A stretch of 63,439 nt of DNA, the filler included, from Reticulomyxa filosa (lineage: Eukaryota; Protista; Foraminifera): assembly GCA_000512085.1 (NCBI GenBank). It is 24 parts of 24 records of this genome, joined end to end, with 100 filler letters (N's around TTAATTAATTAA, not from the genome) between each part and the next. Parts side by side here need not be neighbours in the genome. Positions count along the whole stretch, not along the records: positions 35,953 to 40,540 come from ASPP01034978.1; positions 40,641 to 41,913 come from ASPP01026345.1; positions 42,014 to 45,563 come from ASPP01003536.1; positions 45,664 to 47,642 come from ASPP01021486.1; positions 47,743 to 52,154 come from ASPP01003938.1; 19 more parts are not named here. One strand, 5' to 3'. The stretch's first letter is position 1; every line of letters starts with the position of its first letter. Below are positions 35,953 through 48,432 of the stretch, piece after piece. Both the position numbers and the translations under genes were made by a program. Under the pieces are notes generated by a model. That model searched no databases and was not told the DNA's origin. It saw nothing but the letters and a program-made list of their open reading frames with translations.

Positions 35953-38900
35953 TATCCCAGATTTTTTCTTTCATTTTTTCATTGACCTCCGGCAATGTGC
36001 CAGCCAATTGGCGAAATTTTTCATTTTGAGAGTCATCCATTCTTTTTGTTAAAAATTCAAATTGTTGTCTGTTTGTAAAAATCTCATTATTTGCTAAAGC
36101 TTGTATTTTTTTCTCATTATTGCAAATGAGTTCCAACACATCTTTTTTATCTGAAATATCCCCAAAATAACCTTTACATTTCAAATACCATTCTGATGCC
36201 TCCTTTATGGATGTTTGTATCTTTTTTTTTTCCGATTGGTCAATAATATCTACAAAATTGTGCCAGTTTTTATCGCCTGCAATAATTTTAATTTTATGGA
36301 TACTTTGAATTATCGTGGTTGCTTTTTTTAATAGTTTCCAGTGTCCCTCTGTTTCTAAAAAATAAAGAGCATTCTCGATATTTTGTGAATAGACTGGCGT
36401 TGCTGTGTCCTTTTCTTGGCGTTCGATGTCGGGAAACAAAATGTCCATCTCTGATTTCCAGTTTGTAATCTTGTATGGCTCTAAATCGATATATTGTAAT
36501 GTATTGTCCCTAATTTTGGAAATCAAATTCCTCCAATCCGAATCTGCCTGTTTAAATACACTCACAATGGTAGAAATCGGATCTGAGCTGTATGTTGCTT
36601 GTCTTTTCCACATTATATGAAATAGTTTACTTTTCTCTCTGTCTACCATCAATTGAAATTCCTTGCTGAAACCACTCAACAATTTTTTTTCTTTTTCAAA
36701 TTTTGTGTCTAAATCTGAAAGGTAATAACGATCCAAGTTTCTACAAAACTCATAAAGTGTATCTAATTCCATAGGAGGTTTTTCAACATAACTACATAAA
36801 ACTATCATGAAGTTATCTGTTAATTTTTTATAATCGGCGAATTTTTCCATTGCAAGATCTAACTTTGACAAGTCAATTACATTTTCACCCAATTTACGGA
36901 TACGCACTTCATTTTCATTCTTTTTTAGGAAATCACAAAGAGAAAAAGTGAGTTTATTGTCTTTGATAATACTTTGTAATTTTTTCAACGTCTCTTGGAA
37001 AAACTTCCACAAATCAGCAAGAATTTTAATTTTTTGACACTTGGTCAAAAATTCTTTCCATCCAACACATGCAGCACAATATTCCAACTCATTCTTAAGT
37101 AATTCTATGCCGTGTTCATCTTTCTCATTTTGTGGGGTTTTTTCTTCTTTCTCATCTTCATTAGAAATAACACTATTCCTCGTCCAAAATGATGCATCGC
37201 TGTCACATTTATGTTTTTTGTTTTGTTTTGTTTTGATAGTCTTATATCTTAGTCAACAAAGTAAAACACGAAGAAAAGGTTGTTTTGACAATACTGTTCA
37301 GATGGAATTTTGATAATCAATGACAACAGCCACGTCCATTCATCAATACTACCGTCTTTCTTTGAGAGCGATTCAAGGACACAATTTTTCAACTCATTAC
37401 GAGAATCATCTTTTTTTAACTCCTCACAAGAATCATCCCAACATTTGTTGTCAAAATGAAAATGATCGGCGTTTGATTCCACCAGTTCCTTAAATACTTT
37501 GCGAAAGTCTTTATCAATGCTATTGTACCGAGAAGGGCGGAGAAACCATATTACCTTGCGATGATAGCACTCGCCAGTAAAGCTCTCACCAAAACCATCA
37601 GAAAGCCACCATTCCCTTAGCGACTTAGTCAGCAGATCTACCCATTGATTTTGATTGTTTTTAATATTTCTATTAAAGAATTTAATCCAGACTTCCAAAT
37701 TTTGCAAAGTGGTTGTACCCTTTCTCAACAAGTTTGTGGTAATCTCATTTACTTTGCCATTTAATGACTTGTCTTCTAATTTTAATTCCTTTTTTTGTGT
37801 TTTTTTTTTGGATTAATTAAATTGGAGAAAGAGACTAAAATATAAAGAGACAGAATTTGTTAACATTCCACAAGAGATCAATCGAATGAAATACAACAGG
37901 CCCACAGTAATCTACTTGTTTGTGACAATTCTCAATTGTGGTCAACAATTGATTATTGTTCTTCCAACTGTCAATATTTTTATTTTTTACAATACTTTAT
38001 AACAACCACAAATAGAGAGCAAAAAAAAAAATAATATATTACATCGTCTTTTGTTGTTGCATAAATCGCAGGAAAGCTAAGAAAAGTTCAGGAGATATCA
38101 ATTTGATAAACTCAGTGTTTTGAAATTTATTTAAAAATGAAGAGCCAGATTTGCCTTTTTCAAAAACACCAAGTGCATTAAGCCTCTCCAAATGTATACG
38201 CCATTGTTCAAAATCCGCTTGAAATACCATAAACATAACTTCCCAACACTTTTCGGCATGATTTGAACAGACATGATCCCATACATTTTTATCTTGTGAG
38301 AATAAAAATTCCAAAATGGATTGAGACAGCCTCCTATCCTTCTGAACGATCAGCAAATCAATGACATACTCTTCACTATACTTGGGAGTAATTACATTTA
38401 ACTTTCGTATACGTAAATCCGTTTTCAACACAGATATGAGTTTTTTATCCAAATCATGGCCTTTCCATTCTGGACACGCACTATTATTAAAATGTTGCGA
38501 GAAATTACTGTCGCCTGTGATAAATAATGGCAGATAGTTCAAATATGGAATGAGAAAAAAGAGATCCCATTTTGAAGGCTTTCCGTTGAGATGTGGCTTT
38601 ACACCACTGATCAAAATATCTTTAATGATTAGGGCAATTTGCCATTGTATTGTTCAGAAATGCACGAGATTACTTCAAACCACTTCCAGGACGGCCATTG
38701 TTCAACAGGTCTGGCAATGCCTCCAATTTTTTTGGAATAGTCCAATTTCCATTTGTACAATAGTAAATATTGCAACACCTTGTTTTTGTTTTATATTATT
38801 AGCAATTCCTATTTTTTTCTTAAAAAAAAATAGTTTGCAAAACTGATGGCAAGTTTATCTCTGTTGTTTCGAATCGTTTTATTCTTTTTTCCAATTCTTG

Positions 38901-40540
38901 TGTTGGCTGCTCCATTCCTTTTGCAATTACCGATTCTATGTCTTTCTCTGCATTCAGCGCAAACTGCAATGTATCTACATCGTTGACACCATCCAATAAA
39001 TGATTAAAAATGATTCTTTGATCTTGTGTGTCTGTCTGATTCGGAATGAAAAAAACGAAGACATTGGGTTTTATTGTGAATGGTTTCTTTTTGTCTTTGT
39101 ACTGTGCATAAAGAGATAATTCTCCTTGTACTGTTTTAAGGTCTTTGTAAAAAACAGTGGATGTGATCTTTTGCAGCTCGCATTCTTTTTTTTTTAATAT
39201 CACAAATTCAAGGTATTAATATAAACTTAAAAAAAAAGCAAACACATACCCGTATTATCTTCTTTTAATGAAATTGATGGAAAATTTGCTTCTGATTCAC
39301 AGACGTAAACACGCAAACTCCTTGTCCGTGGCTTGCCCTTGTTGTCACTTTGATTTGCAATTTGTTGACACTCTTTCAGCAGAGTGGTAGTGTCTGCATC
39401 TTCGGTTAACTCTTGAAATGTTTGCACAATGTCGCAACATTTTTTCATTTCTGGAGTTTGTTTGAATGGCTCTTTTTTTAACATCTGTACAATCTCTGGT
39501 GCAACACTGCACTGACTTCGGATGCATGCCTCAATCACTTGTTTCATGCAATTGAATTGTTCAGTTGAAGTGCTCACAAATCGTACAAAGCCTAAGATTG
39601 CAAGGAGTGAAAAAAAAAGATTATATATTTTTTTAAAAAAACATGCTTTATACAAACAAAAGTAAAATATATGCAACTGTTTGTATTCTTTGATGCTTGA
39701 TTAAAAGCTTCCAGTGCTTGCATTGCACTTCCCGAAAGTGGGATTGTTCGCATTTTCCGTCTGTTCAAATTCAAACAAAGCAAAGGTATGCAGTTGTTTG
39801 TCACGACTTTACAATAATAAAGCCAAACGGTGGAGTGTGTGGTTGCAGCGTCACATTTATTGGGTGCCACTCATTATTTATCAATCGCAAACGAAATTGT
39901 ACAATATCATCTTTTCTTGGCTCCACTTTCGATATTGGAGTAGCTCCAGCTTTCCAAAAGATCACCTTTTTTTCCATGCAACAATATTTTTTAAAATGTA
40001 AGACAGATATCTTACGAATAACAGATGTGTATGTATATATTGCATACTTTTTGCTCCTGTCCTCCTGAATATGGTACAATTTGGGTTGTTGACTCTTTAC
40101 TAGTTACTGAAACGTCTTTAGAATACATTTTCGGAAATTGTATGTCGTGTATTGTCACAGTGCTTGATTCATTGATAGAATAACAGCATTCAATTTCGTC
40201 TCCTTCTTCTATTTGTAAATGCTTCCATTTTTCATCACTCAAGTAGATCGTTACTTGTATGCTGTTCTATTGTATTGACACGTATTTTTGTTTTTTTAAA
40301 AAAAAAGAGTCAATTTTTTGTTCATAGTATACGTAGTAAGAATACCTTCAATGCCACATTGGCCCTGTTCGTTTCTTTTATTATTCTGGAAACCAGCACA
40401 ACTTCTTTGCTTTTACTTTTTTTTAAATATTACTTGTTTTTTCATTGTTCAACTACCCAATACCACATAATGCATAGAACATACTTCTCAGGAATTGGAA
40501 TTGGAATTGGAATGTTTGATTTTTTGGATATGTCCTTGAT
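35953..40540 (-). CDS. Large multi-exon hypothetical protein (partial at both ends)
   Basis: A chain of minus-strand open frames (76-396 aa) separated by short introns across the whole contig. Lys/Glu-rich and probably helical; no domain recognised. Confidence 0.65.
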
Positions 40541-40640
40541 NNNNNNNNNNNNNNNNNNNNNNNNNNNNNNNNNNNNNNNNNNNNTTAATTAATTAANNNN
40601 NNNNNNNNNNNNNNNNNNNNNNNNNNNNNNNNNNNNNNNN

Positions 40641-41913
40641 CAATGGAGCAATCACTCTATTTGACGTTGAAAAGCGCATTTCGAATTGTCGTGAAATGTT
40701 AGTTGCCACTATTCATGGTAAGGATTCTTTACTTGCCTCTGGTTAAGAATATATTTATCTCTTGAATTTTCGATTGAGCAAATCGTATCAAAGAATATAT
40801 AAATACATAATTCATGTCTGTGTGTTTCATAATAATTAAAGCCGAGCCATCGCAATTAAAAACAGTAGAGTGGGTAGCATTCACCTGGCGACACTGTGCC
40901 TGCAGCTACAACCCCACAAAACAACGACTCCATATCTATGAAAAGCGTCGATCAAACAGTGAACGTCCTAATGAGCCGTCTACTGCCAGTGCTGATCAAT
41001 TTTCCAACCCTAGCGATAGTAGGAAGGGAAAGAACACCCGTGCGAGAAAATTGTTGAATGCCTGGACCAAAGCGAAACAAGGAATTCTGGGCATCGCCGC
41101 AAGAACAAGGGGGAGAACTGAAAGTGCAACTGCGAAAGCATCAAAAAAAAAAAAAAAAAGAGAGTCAATGCTTATACTGCTACCAAAGAGCCATCATCCC
41201 TCCCTCTCAATTCCAACTGAACAGGATGATGGAAACAACTCAAGCAACAATAATACATACTCTTCCAACCAAAATTTCACCACAATCGAACAATCAGCAG
41301 TCAGGTCCAGTAATGTTGTTGAAGAGAAGCAGAAGTGCAAATGCTGTTGGACGAAATTTGGTACTTGTTAAATGATTTATTTCCACACATGGACAATGAC
41401 AATGTATATGCACTGTTGAAGGGTTATGGTCTGGTATGCAGCTATGGTCAAATAATGGAATGCGGTGCGTGTTTGAAGATTAATCAAAGACTTAACATTA
41501 ATCAATATAGGATATGAACATAGACAAAACAGCGTTGCGTCACATTCGATCATGCTATCCGCTACTTTGCCAAAAAGGACAAAGTGAACGCCAATACAAA
41601 CAAGGCATCCCAAAAAAAAAGAGTCTTTGGATATTTGATCCGAGTATGAGCCAAATGTGGAAATGGAATCGGGATCCAAGTCCGAAGACGGAGTGGTCAA
41701 CGCGATGATTGGCAGAGCGAACGAAGTTTGAACCAAGATTAGCGTTGACGAGTATTTCGAACAGCAGATGTTTCATGATCGATCCAACCATGGTGGGGGG
41801 AATATTATGCTTTTCAATTGAACCGACCAAAAGGAAAAGAACTACTGTGTGTTCATCTAAAACGCGAATAAAATGAAATTAGTAAGGTACTCACTCTATT
41901 GTATCAAATGACA
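40641..41913 (+). pseudogene. Degraded coding-like sequence of unknown origin
   Basis: Higher GC and coding-like runs broken by stops in every frame. No identifiable motif. Confidence 0.25.
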
Positions 41914-42013
41914 NNNNNNNNNNNNNNNNNNNNNNNNNNNNNNNNNNNNNNNNNNNNTTAATTAATTAANNNNNNNNNNNNNNNNNNNNNNNNNNNNNNN
42001 NNNNNNNNNNNNN

Positions 42014-42764
42014 TGATTATACAAGTTTTCCTTTTTTGTAGTTTTTTCTTCTTTTTTTTTTATTTCTTCTTCATTTTCATTTTTCATCTCTTTTTTTTTT
42101 TCATTATCATTGTCATTGTCATCATCGCCATCATCTGATAAATCTTCCTATTTTTTTTGGAAAAAATTTATTAAAATTGTTTATTTATTTATTTTTTAAT
42201 AGAAATTACCAAAAAAGTGGAAACATTTGGATTGACAGATGCTTTAGCCAATGTCATAAATTGTTCAAATTTTCGGTTGTCTTTTTTTTTTTTTTTTGTT
42301 TCGTCGTCTTTCATTTCACTTTTATTTTCATTGCTTTCTTTTGTTCTTTTTGTCTCTTTTATTTCTTTGCTTTCTTTGGTGTTTTTTCTCTATTTAATTG
42401 TTCAATTGCTTAATAATTTGAAAAGACTTAACACATAGATATATAACCTCATTTGCAAATTTTACAAAAATTCGATATGAATCAATATATGATCCATTCA
42501 ATTTTTGTGCAGCAATTTTTGCATCTCTATTGTTGTGATAGCCTACAAACGCGCAACGTTTTCTATTTTTTTTATATTCACAATGTTTGTAAATGTTGCA
42601 TATTTGATTTTACAAAATATGCAAGAATAGCACTTAAACTTGTTTTTAGGAAAAAATACGTCTGAAACAGGTCCAACCACTTCAAAATGTTCTTTTACTT
42701 CTGCTTCAGTAATCACAGGAGGGAGAGCAGAGACAAACAAACGAGTATTATCACCAACACCCAT
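42014..42764 (-). CDS. RRM protein, RBM19/MRD1-like N-terminus (3' partial, possibly disrupted)
   Basis: TRLFVSALPP.ITEAEVKEHF..VGPVSDV...KRCAFVGY...AKIAAQKLNGSYIDSYRIFVKFA, and later KFEQFM...TFW. The frame between these segments is unclear. Confidence 0.6.
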
Positions 42765-43191
42765 TACTTTAATCAAAGAGTTTAGTATCTTGATGTATTA
42801 TTCAAATTAAGCCTTTTTATTTCGAATCTTTGCCCCTTTTTTAGGACTAGTTACCTTGGTTTTTCACCGGAAAAATCGGCTATTTTCATAAGTTCCTTTT
42901 TTTTTTTGCAAGTACTATAAATTGTAAATATCATGATGCCTACAAAGGTTCCTCCTAAAAAGAATTCGAGCATTGTTAGAGTGCCGTCATGTAATAGATT
43001 TTGAGGTGTTAATTTTTTGAAATTTGCGTACAAACAACAAACCAACCGACCAAACCAAAAAAAAGAGAAGAAATGAAGACCTTTAATTTTTTTTCCGCAA
43101 TGGCAAATGTGAAGCAAACATGCCATTGTGTTTTTGTTTCGAGTGTGACTAGCAAAAAAATAGAATAAGTATTTGTTGAGAAAAAAGTATT

Positions 43192-44072
43192 TTAAGTGGA
43201 GTCCAGCAAACGTTGAAAAAGAGCGTCCAAATGTTTAGTGTCGTCATCAGTGGGTGTGGTTTCCTTTTCTTTAGTTTCTGTTTTTGGTTGGCTTGTATTC
43301 ATGTTAATTTCGGTCGAGCAATGTGTCCGTGCTTTTTCGGTGCATCTGAAAGTGAGAACGTAACAGCGAACAAAATGAAAGACAATACGTATAGATTTTG
43401 CATATATTTGTGTGTGAGTATATATGGATTTGAATGAAATGATTAGATTAAAACTTGTGGACTTCTTCCAATAAGCTATACTTATGTTTGAGTTGATTCT
43501 TTAAAGATTGAATGAGGGTTTGTTTCGCTTGATGAGCCCTCAAATAATTGAGTACATTTCGAAATTGCACAAACGCGCTTTGCAATTTATTGCAGTGACT
43601 TTGAATGTGTGGCTGCATACGACTAGTGTTCATACCCAATGCTACATTGCCAATATTGGCCATGTTTGCTGCTTCTTCTTTCTTCTCTGTTTCGACCTCG
43701 CTTTTTTGTTGGGTCAATTTTCTCCAAAACTGTCTGGCTTTACTATCAACTCTAATAATTCAATATATTGTGTCAACAAATCACGATTCAATTGTTGCAA
43801 GTATTGAGCTGTTTGTTTTATCAGTATTCATTCGATCTTTTGCTATTTGCTATGCTATGCACAGTTTGGGGGCTGGGTAAACCTGGCTTGTGCATTATTT
43901 GTGGGTCAATGTCTGTTGTTGCTATTACGTCGTTTTCTTCTGTCGAAAATATACACCTTTCTTTTGGAATCGCTGGGGGAACTGACAGTTCCTCATACGT
44001 ATCACCTTCTGATTCATCAAAAAAATTATAAAAGAAAGGTGGTGGTGGGTAGGTTTGTCTGTTTGTTGTCAT
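43192..44072 (-). CDS. MED7: Mediator of RNA polymerase II transcription subunit 7
   Basis: TYPPPPFFY..F, PPAIP, LQQLNRDLLTQYIELLELI and FVQFRNVLNYLRAHQAKQTLI..L..Q. Two introns and an apparent 1-nt frameshift at 43718-43721. Confidence 0.85.
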
Positions 44073-44428
44073 GTTGGATATATTATTTCTTTGCTAGTAT
44101 ATTTTTGATACCTTTCCTATTGAATCCTTTTTCAACTTTTTTGCACGTCCTTCGGGTCATTGTGTCCCTCAAGTGAAGTTATTACAAGTTGATAAATAGT
44201 ATTGTGCAGTTGGCATGCACGAAAAAGTACAACATAGAAATTGGTAACGAATTTATCCATTAATGTGCCGTTTTCAGACCTTTAGTGAATATTTATCTGG
44301 CAGAATATACTATTTCATGTATGTAAAAACATCTTCGTTAAAAAGATGTATTATAAACTTAAAAAAAAGCAAAAAAAAATTCAAGGGTTCTTCATAATCT
44401 AAACAAATCAATTTCATAATAATAAATC

Positions 44429-45523
44429 ATGGTATGTCCCATCTTTTTTTTTTGTTTCTTGGTGACTAATATCCAAGTTTAATATGTGGACATGTTAGGA
44501 ACCTCCTCAAAAAAGGCTTCGAGCAGTAGACTTTGTTTTTGACAAGTCGCGCTTTGAAGACAGAGAAGCAGTAGAAGCAGAAGAGAGCGAGCCGGAAGTA
44601 GGCTCGGACGACGACGGTAATTGAGAAACAAATGGGAGAGAGAGAGCGCAATACACAGCAAAATTTTTTTTTTCCTTAAAAAAAAAAAAAACAAAGCTAT
44701 TGCTCTGTGAGATAAGCAATCTCACAATATATGTATGTGTGTGTGTGTGTGTGAAAAAACAAAACAAAGGACGAATATCAAAAAATGACTTTGAGCGCCA
44801 CAAACAAGAAAGCTACCAAGAAGATCATTTACGCCGAAGACATGACTTCCGTGATTCAGTGAAGACAATCGAAGAGAAATACCTACGACAGATGCAGCTG
44901 GATGACAAAGAGTTCCGACAGCAAAGAGAGGTGCAAAATCGCCGACCATTGGCAACCGATCGAAACAAGCAAAGGCCACAAAAGGATCGAATAGGAGGCG
45001 GCACGTCTACAACAGCAGGAGCAGTTACATCATCATTAGCAGCAGCGACAGCAGTATCATCATCGTCTTTATCTTCTTCTTCGGCCGTGGACAAACGTCT
45101 ATCCACAGGTCATCTACAATCGCAACGCCCACTCTCGCAAAAAGCGCACCTCGTCCAAAGCATTCGAAACAGACAACGCGCGAGATGAGGCGGACAGCGA
45201 AGATGACCACGTGCTGGCAGATAATAATAACAATAATAATAATAATAATAACAATGCCGCGGACGACTACGAGTACATGAACGAAGAGGCTGACGAGCGC
45301 ATCGACGTGCAGGCCACACTGCCAACGGCGAACGACCATCTGTGGCTTGTGCCTTGTCTCGTTGGCAGAGAGCGTTCTTGCGTTATCGAAATGCTGGACA
45401 AGTTCTTCAAGTATAAAAATCATGCCACCAAAAGGCTGTTCATCAAGACCGCATTTACCACCGACCAAAACACTGGACACATTTATGTCGAAGCGGATCG
45501 CGAGATTCACGTTCGAAGAGTTA

Positions 45524-45563
<40 letters not shown>
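44429..45563 (+). CDS. SPT5: Transcription elongation factor SPT5 (3' partial)
   Basis: Acidic N-terminus, then the NGN domain QATLPTAND.LWLVPCLVGRER...GHIYVEADREIHV. Inferred ATG micro-exon at 44429-44431; apparent frameshift near the A5 run 45139-45143. Confidence 0.88.
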
Positions 45564-47473
45564 NNNNNNNNNNNNNNNNNNNNNNNNNNNNNNNNNNNNN
45601 NNNNNNNTTAATTAATTAANNNNNNNNNNNNNNNNNNNNNNNNNNNNNNNNNNNNNNNNNNNNAAGGTGATATTAAACTTGTTTGGTTTAATTTAATTCA
45701 AACATTGAAAGATGTGTTCTATCTTACTTTGTTGTTTAAAAAAATTGAACGTTGCGTTCAATGTTTTTTAAAGAATTGAAAAGCATAATAAATAAAGTTT
45801 CGTCTAAATATCAAAATAAATTGCAAGATATTTCAAGTATTGTGTTTTTATATAGAATTGAACAAAATTGTTTTTGTAGTAATTCATGATATATCTTTCA
45901 TTTCGAAGAACACGAAATATTAAAAGACTTAAATATTGTTGTTGTTATTGAATTTTTTTAGAGAATACAACAATAATAATAAATATTAACGAGCAGCAGA
46001 CTTTGTTTAGATATTCATTTTATTGTTTTTAGAGTAATTGGTATAATTTGTGTGTCCAGTGAATGTTGTAAGTAGTTATCATTTTCAATTTTTTGTTTTT
46101 TTGCTTAAGGCTTTCTTTGATGTAAAATGAAAAACTTTAAAATTGCAAAATTTTTATTGCTTAGACGTAGTTGATCTTTGTTTTTGATTTTTTTTCAGCT
46201 GTTTCTATATTAACGGGGGAAGGAAGCACATGAAGCAAACTGAAATTTGTCTTTTATAGGAAAAAAATTCTAAAATAATTGTTTATTTCGAAATAACTTA
46301 AAACAAGGTTGATACTACTTTTGGTTTTCATCAAAATTGATCAAACTAACCTGATCACACAAGAGACAACAGGCTTTGAGACTTTGGCTTCTTTGTCAAC
46401 TCTACTTAACTTTATTCAATATGTAGCATACAATATGAAATTGCCATTTGCGGAAATATACAATCAACATATATATTTAATTATATCCTTTAGACTGTGT
46501 ATATTCTTTTTCTTTGTCCAATTCTTCCCATTTTTTTCAAATAGATTATCTAAATTTGTACTAAATTGTATTTTCGTGTTGTCATTATCATCGCTTTTAC
46601 TTTCATGGAATATAAGTATTATCTATATTTTATCATTAAGTGCTATTCATTCATCTAAATAAAAAAATAAAATAATGAAAATAATATTTATTATTTGTAT
46701 TTCATTTAAAATGTATGCTTATATGTAAATACTTGTTTAATTAATTCTTTTATATTACAAAGGACATCAAAATGTTTTTCATTTGACACATTGCTACTTG
46801 AGGCAACACTATCACCAACGTTATTGTCGGCTTGAACTGACTCTGTTGACCTTGTATTTTTTCACTTTGCGCTTCACTTTTATTGCTTTTTTTCAACAAC
46901 ATCGATCGTCATCACTCCTTGTTTTTTGTATTAAGAACAATAAATTATCTTTTTATTTACTCAGTATATCTAATAATATAATGCTTATGGTTAAAATGAA
47001 AATGCAAACATTTTATTATAAAATTGAATTATGTGTGCAAACAGAAAAAAAATTTATCATGGTCCAATGGACTAATTACCTTTAACGAAAATTGATAAAT
47101 CAAAAAATTTTATTCACATATGTTCATCCCCAAACATAAGTTGAATCATTGGTTGAACCATAACATAAATTAACGATATAAAAAAAAATAACAAATAGAC
47201 ATTAAAAAAAACAATTAAAAAAATTAGTATTAAAGAAAACGTAATACTTAGAATATTTTGCAACTTATTTTGATATTTAATACAAGTCTTATTTATTATG
47301 CTTTTCAACTCTTTAAAATATTGAATACAGCTTTTTCAATTTTTTTAAACAACAAAGTAATATAAAACAAATCTTCAATGGTTGCATCAAATCAAACAAG
47401 TTCACCTTACTATCCTTTAACCAAACGTTTCAAAAAAAAAAACACTTTCACTTCTTATTCGACAAAATATAAA

Positions 47474-47642
47474 TTATCCCCAAATACGAATGGGACCATT
47501 GAGTGAACCATAACACAAATTCAAATTATATGTAACATTTTTTCTATTCTCTTTCTTTTTCAATTGAATGAATTTAAGACAAAATATTGTACCATATTCA
47601 TCATCTCCTTTGATAATATACAATTCATTCTTATTTGATCGA
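47474..47642 (-). CDS. C-terminal end of a WD40-repeat family protein
   Basis: RSNKNELYIIKGDDEYGTIFCLKF...LNLCYGSLNGPIRIWG*. Confidence 0.75.
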
Positions 47643-48432
47643 NNNNNNNNNNNNNNNNNNNNNNNNNNNNNNNNNNNNNNNNNNNNTTAATTAATTAANN
47701 NNNNNNNNNNNNNNNNNNNNNNNNNNNNNNNNNNNNNNNNNNGAAATTGATGGTCCATAATAATCAGTACGTGAAATTACAAAAAAGCATCACAACAGGA
47801 GGGGTCAATTGTTACAACGAAGTTTCTGAATGTTAATAATGTACGTATTAGTTTGTTTTTTTTTTTTAGTGCTTTGTTACCAAAAACTTTTTTATTAGAT
47901 CACGTTTTTACGTTTTTTTTGTCGCTGTATTATGACCAAATAAAGAAACAAGCTAAAGACTCATTTCAAAACATTTCGGGTCTAATACTTCAATACTTTG
48001 CTATTCTTTGTTTTTTTTTTTATTTTGGATAGTCAAAGTTATCAATCATTCAATTTGGGTATTCCTTCTTTTTTGAAATTATCATAAGTGAAAAAAATAT
48101 TTGATACTGAAAACAAGAAAATCGATGAAAAATCCCAGGTAGACGTACACACAATCAACCTGATGATACAATATCAAAAATGTACATCTTCAATCATAAT
48201 TTCTGAACCTTCCAGGAGTGGGAATGGAATTAGCAAATATAATTTTTGTTATTTTTTAAAGCTTTAATCTCTTACCAAAAAATACAGTTTAAAAAAAAGG
48301 TTTCTTCCATAGAATCCTTAACAGTGGAAAGAAGTCAACTTGACGAACGTAAACAAAGCTTGCAATTAGTCTTTAAAGTCAAGATCCTCCAAAGTAGATT
48401 TGACGAAAAAAAAGCTCCTCAAAAAGAAAGAC

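Noticed and set aside
42851-42973. Small ORF MLEFFLGGTFVGIMIFTIYS... resembling a single-pass microprotein
   Set aside because: Short hydrophobic ORFs arise easily in T-rich UTRs, and nothing else supports it.
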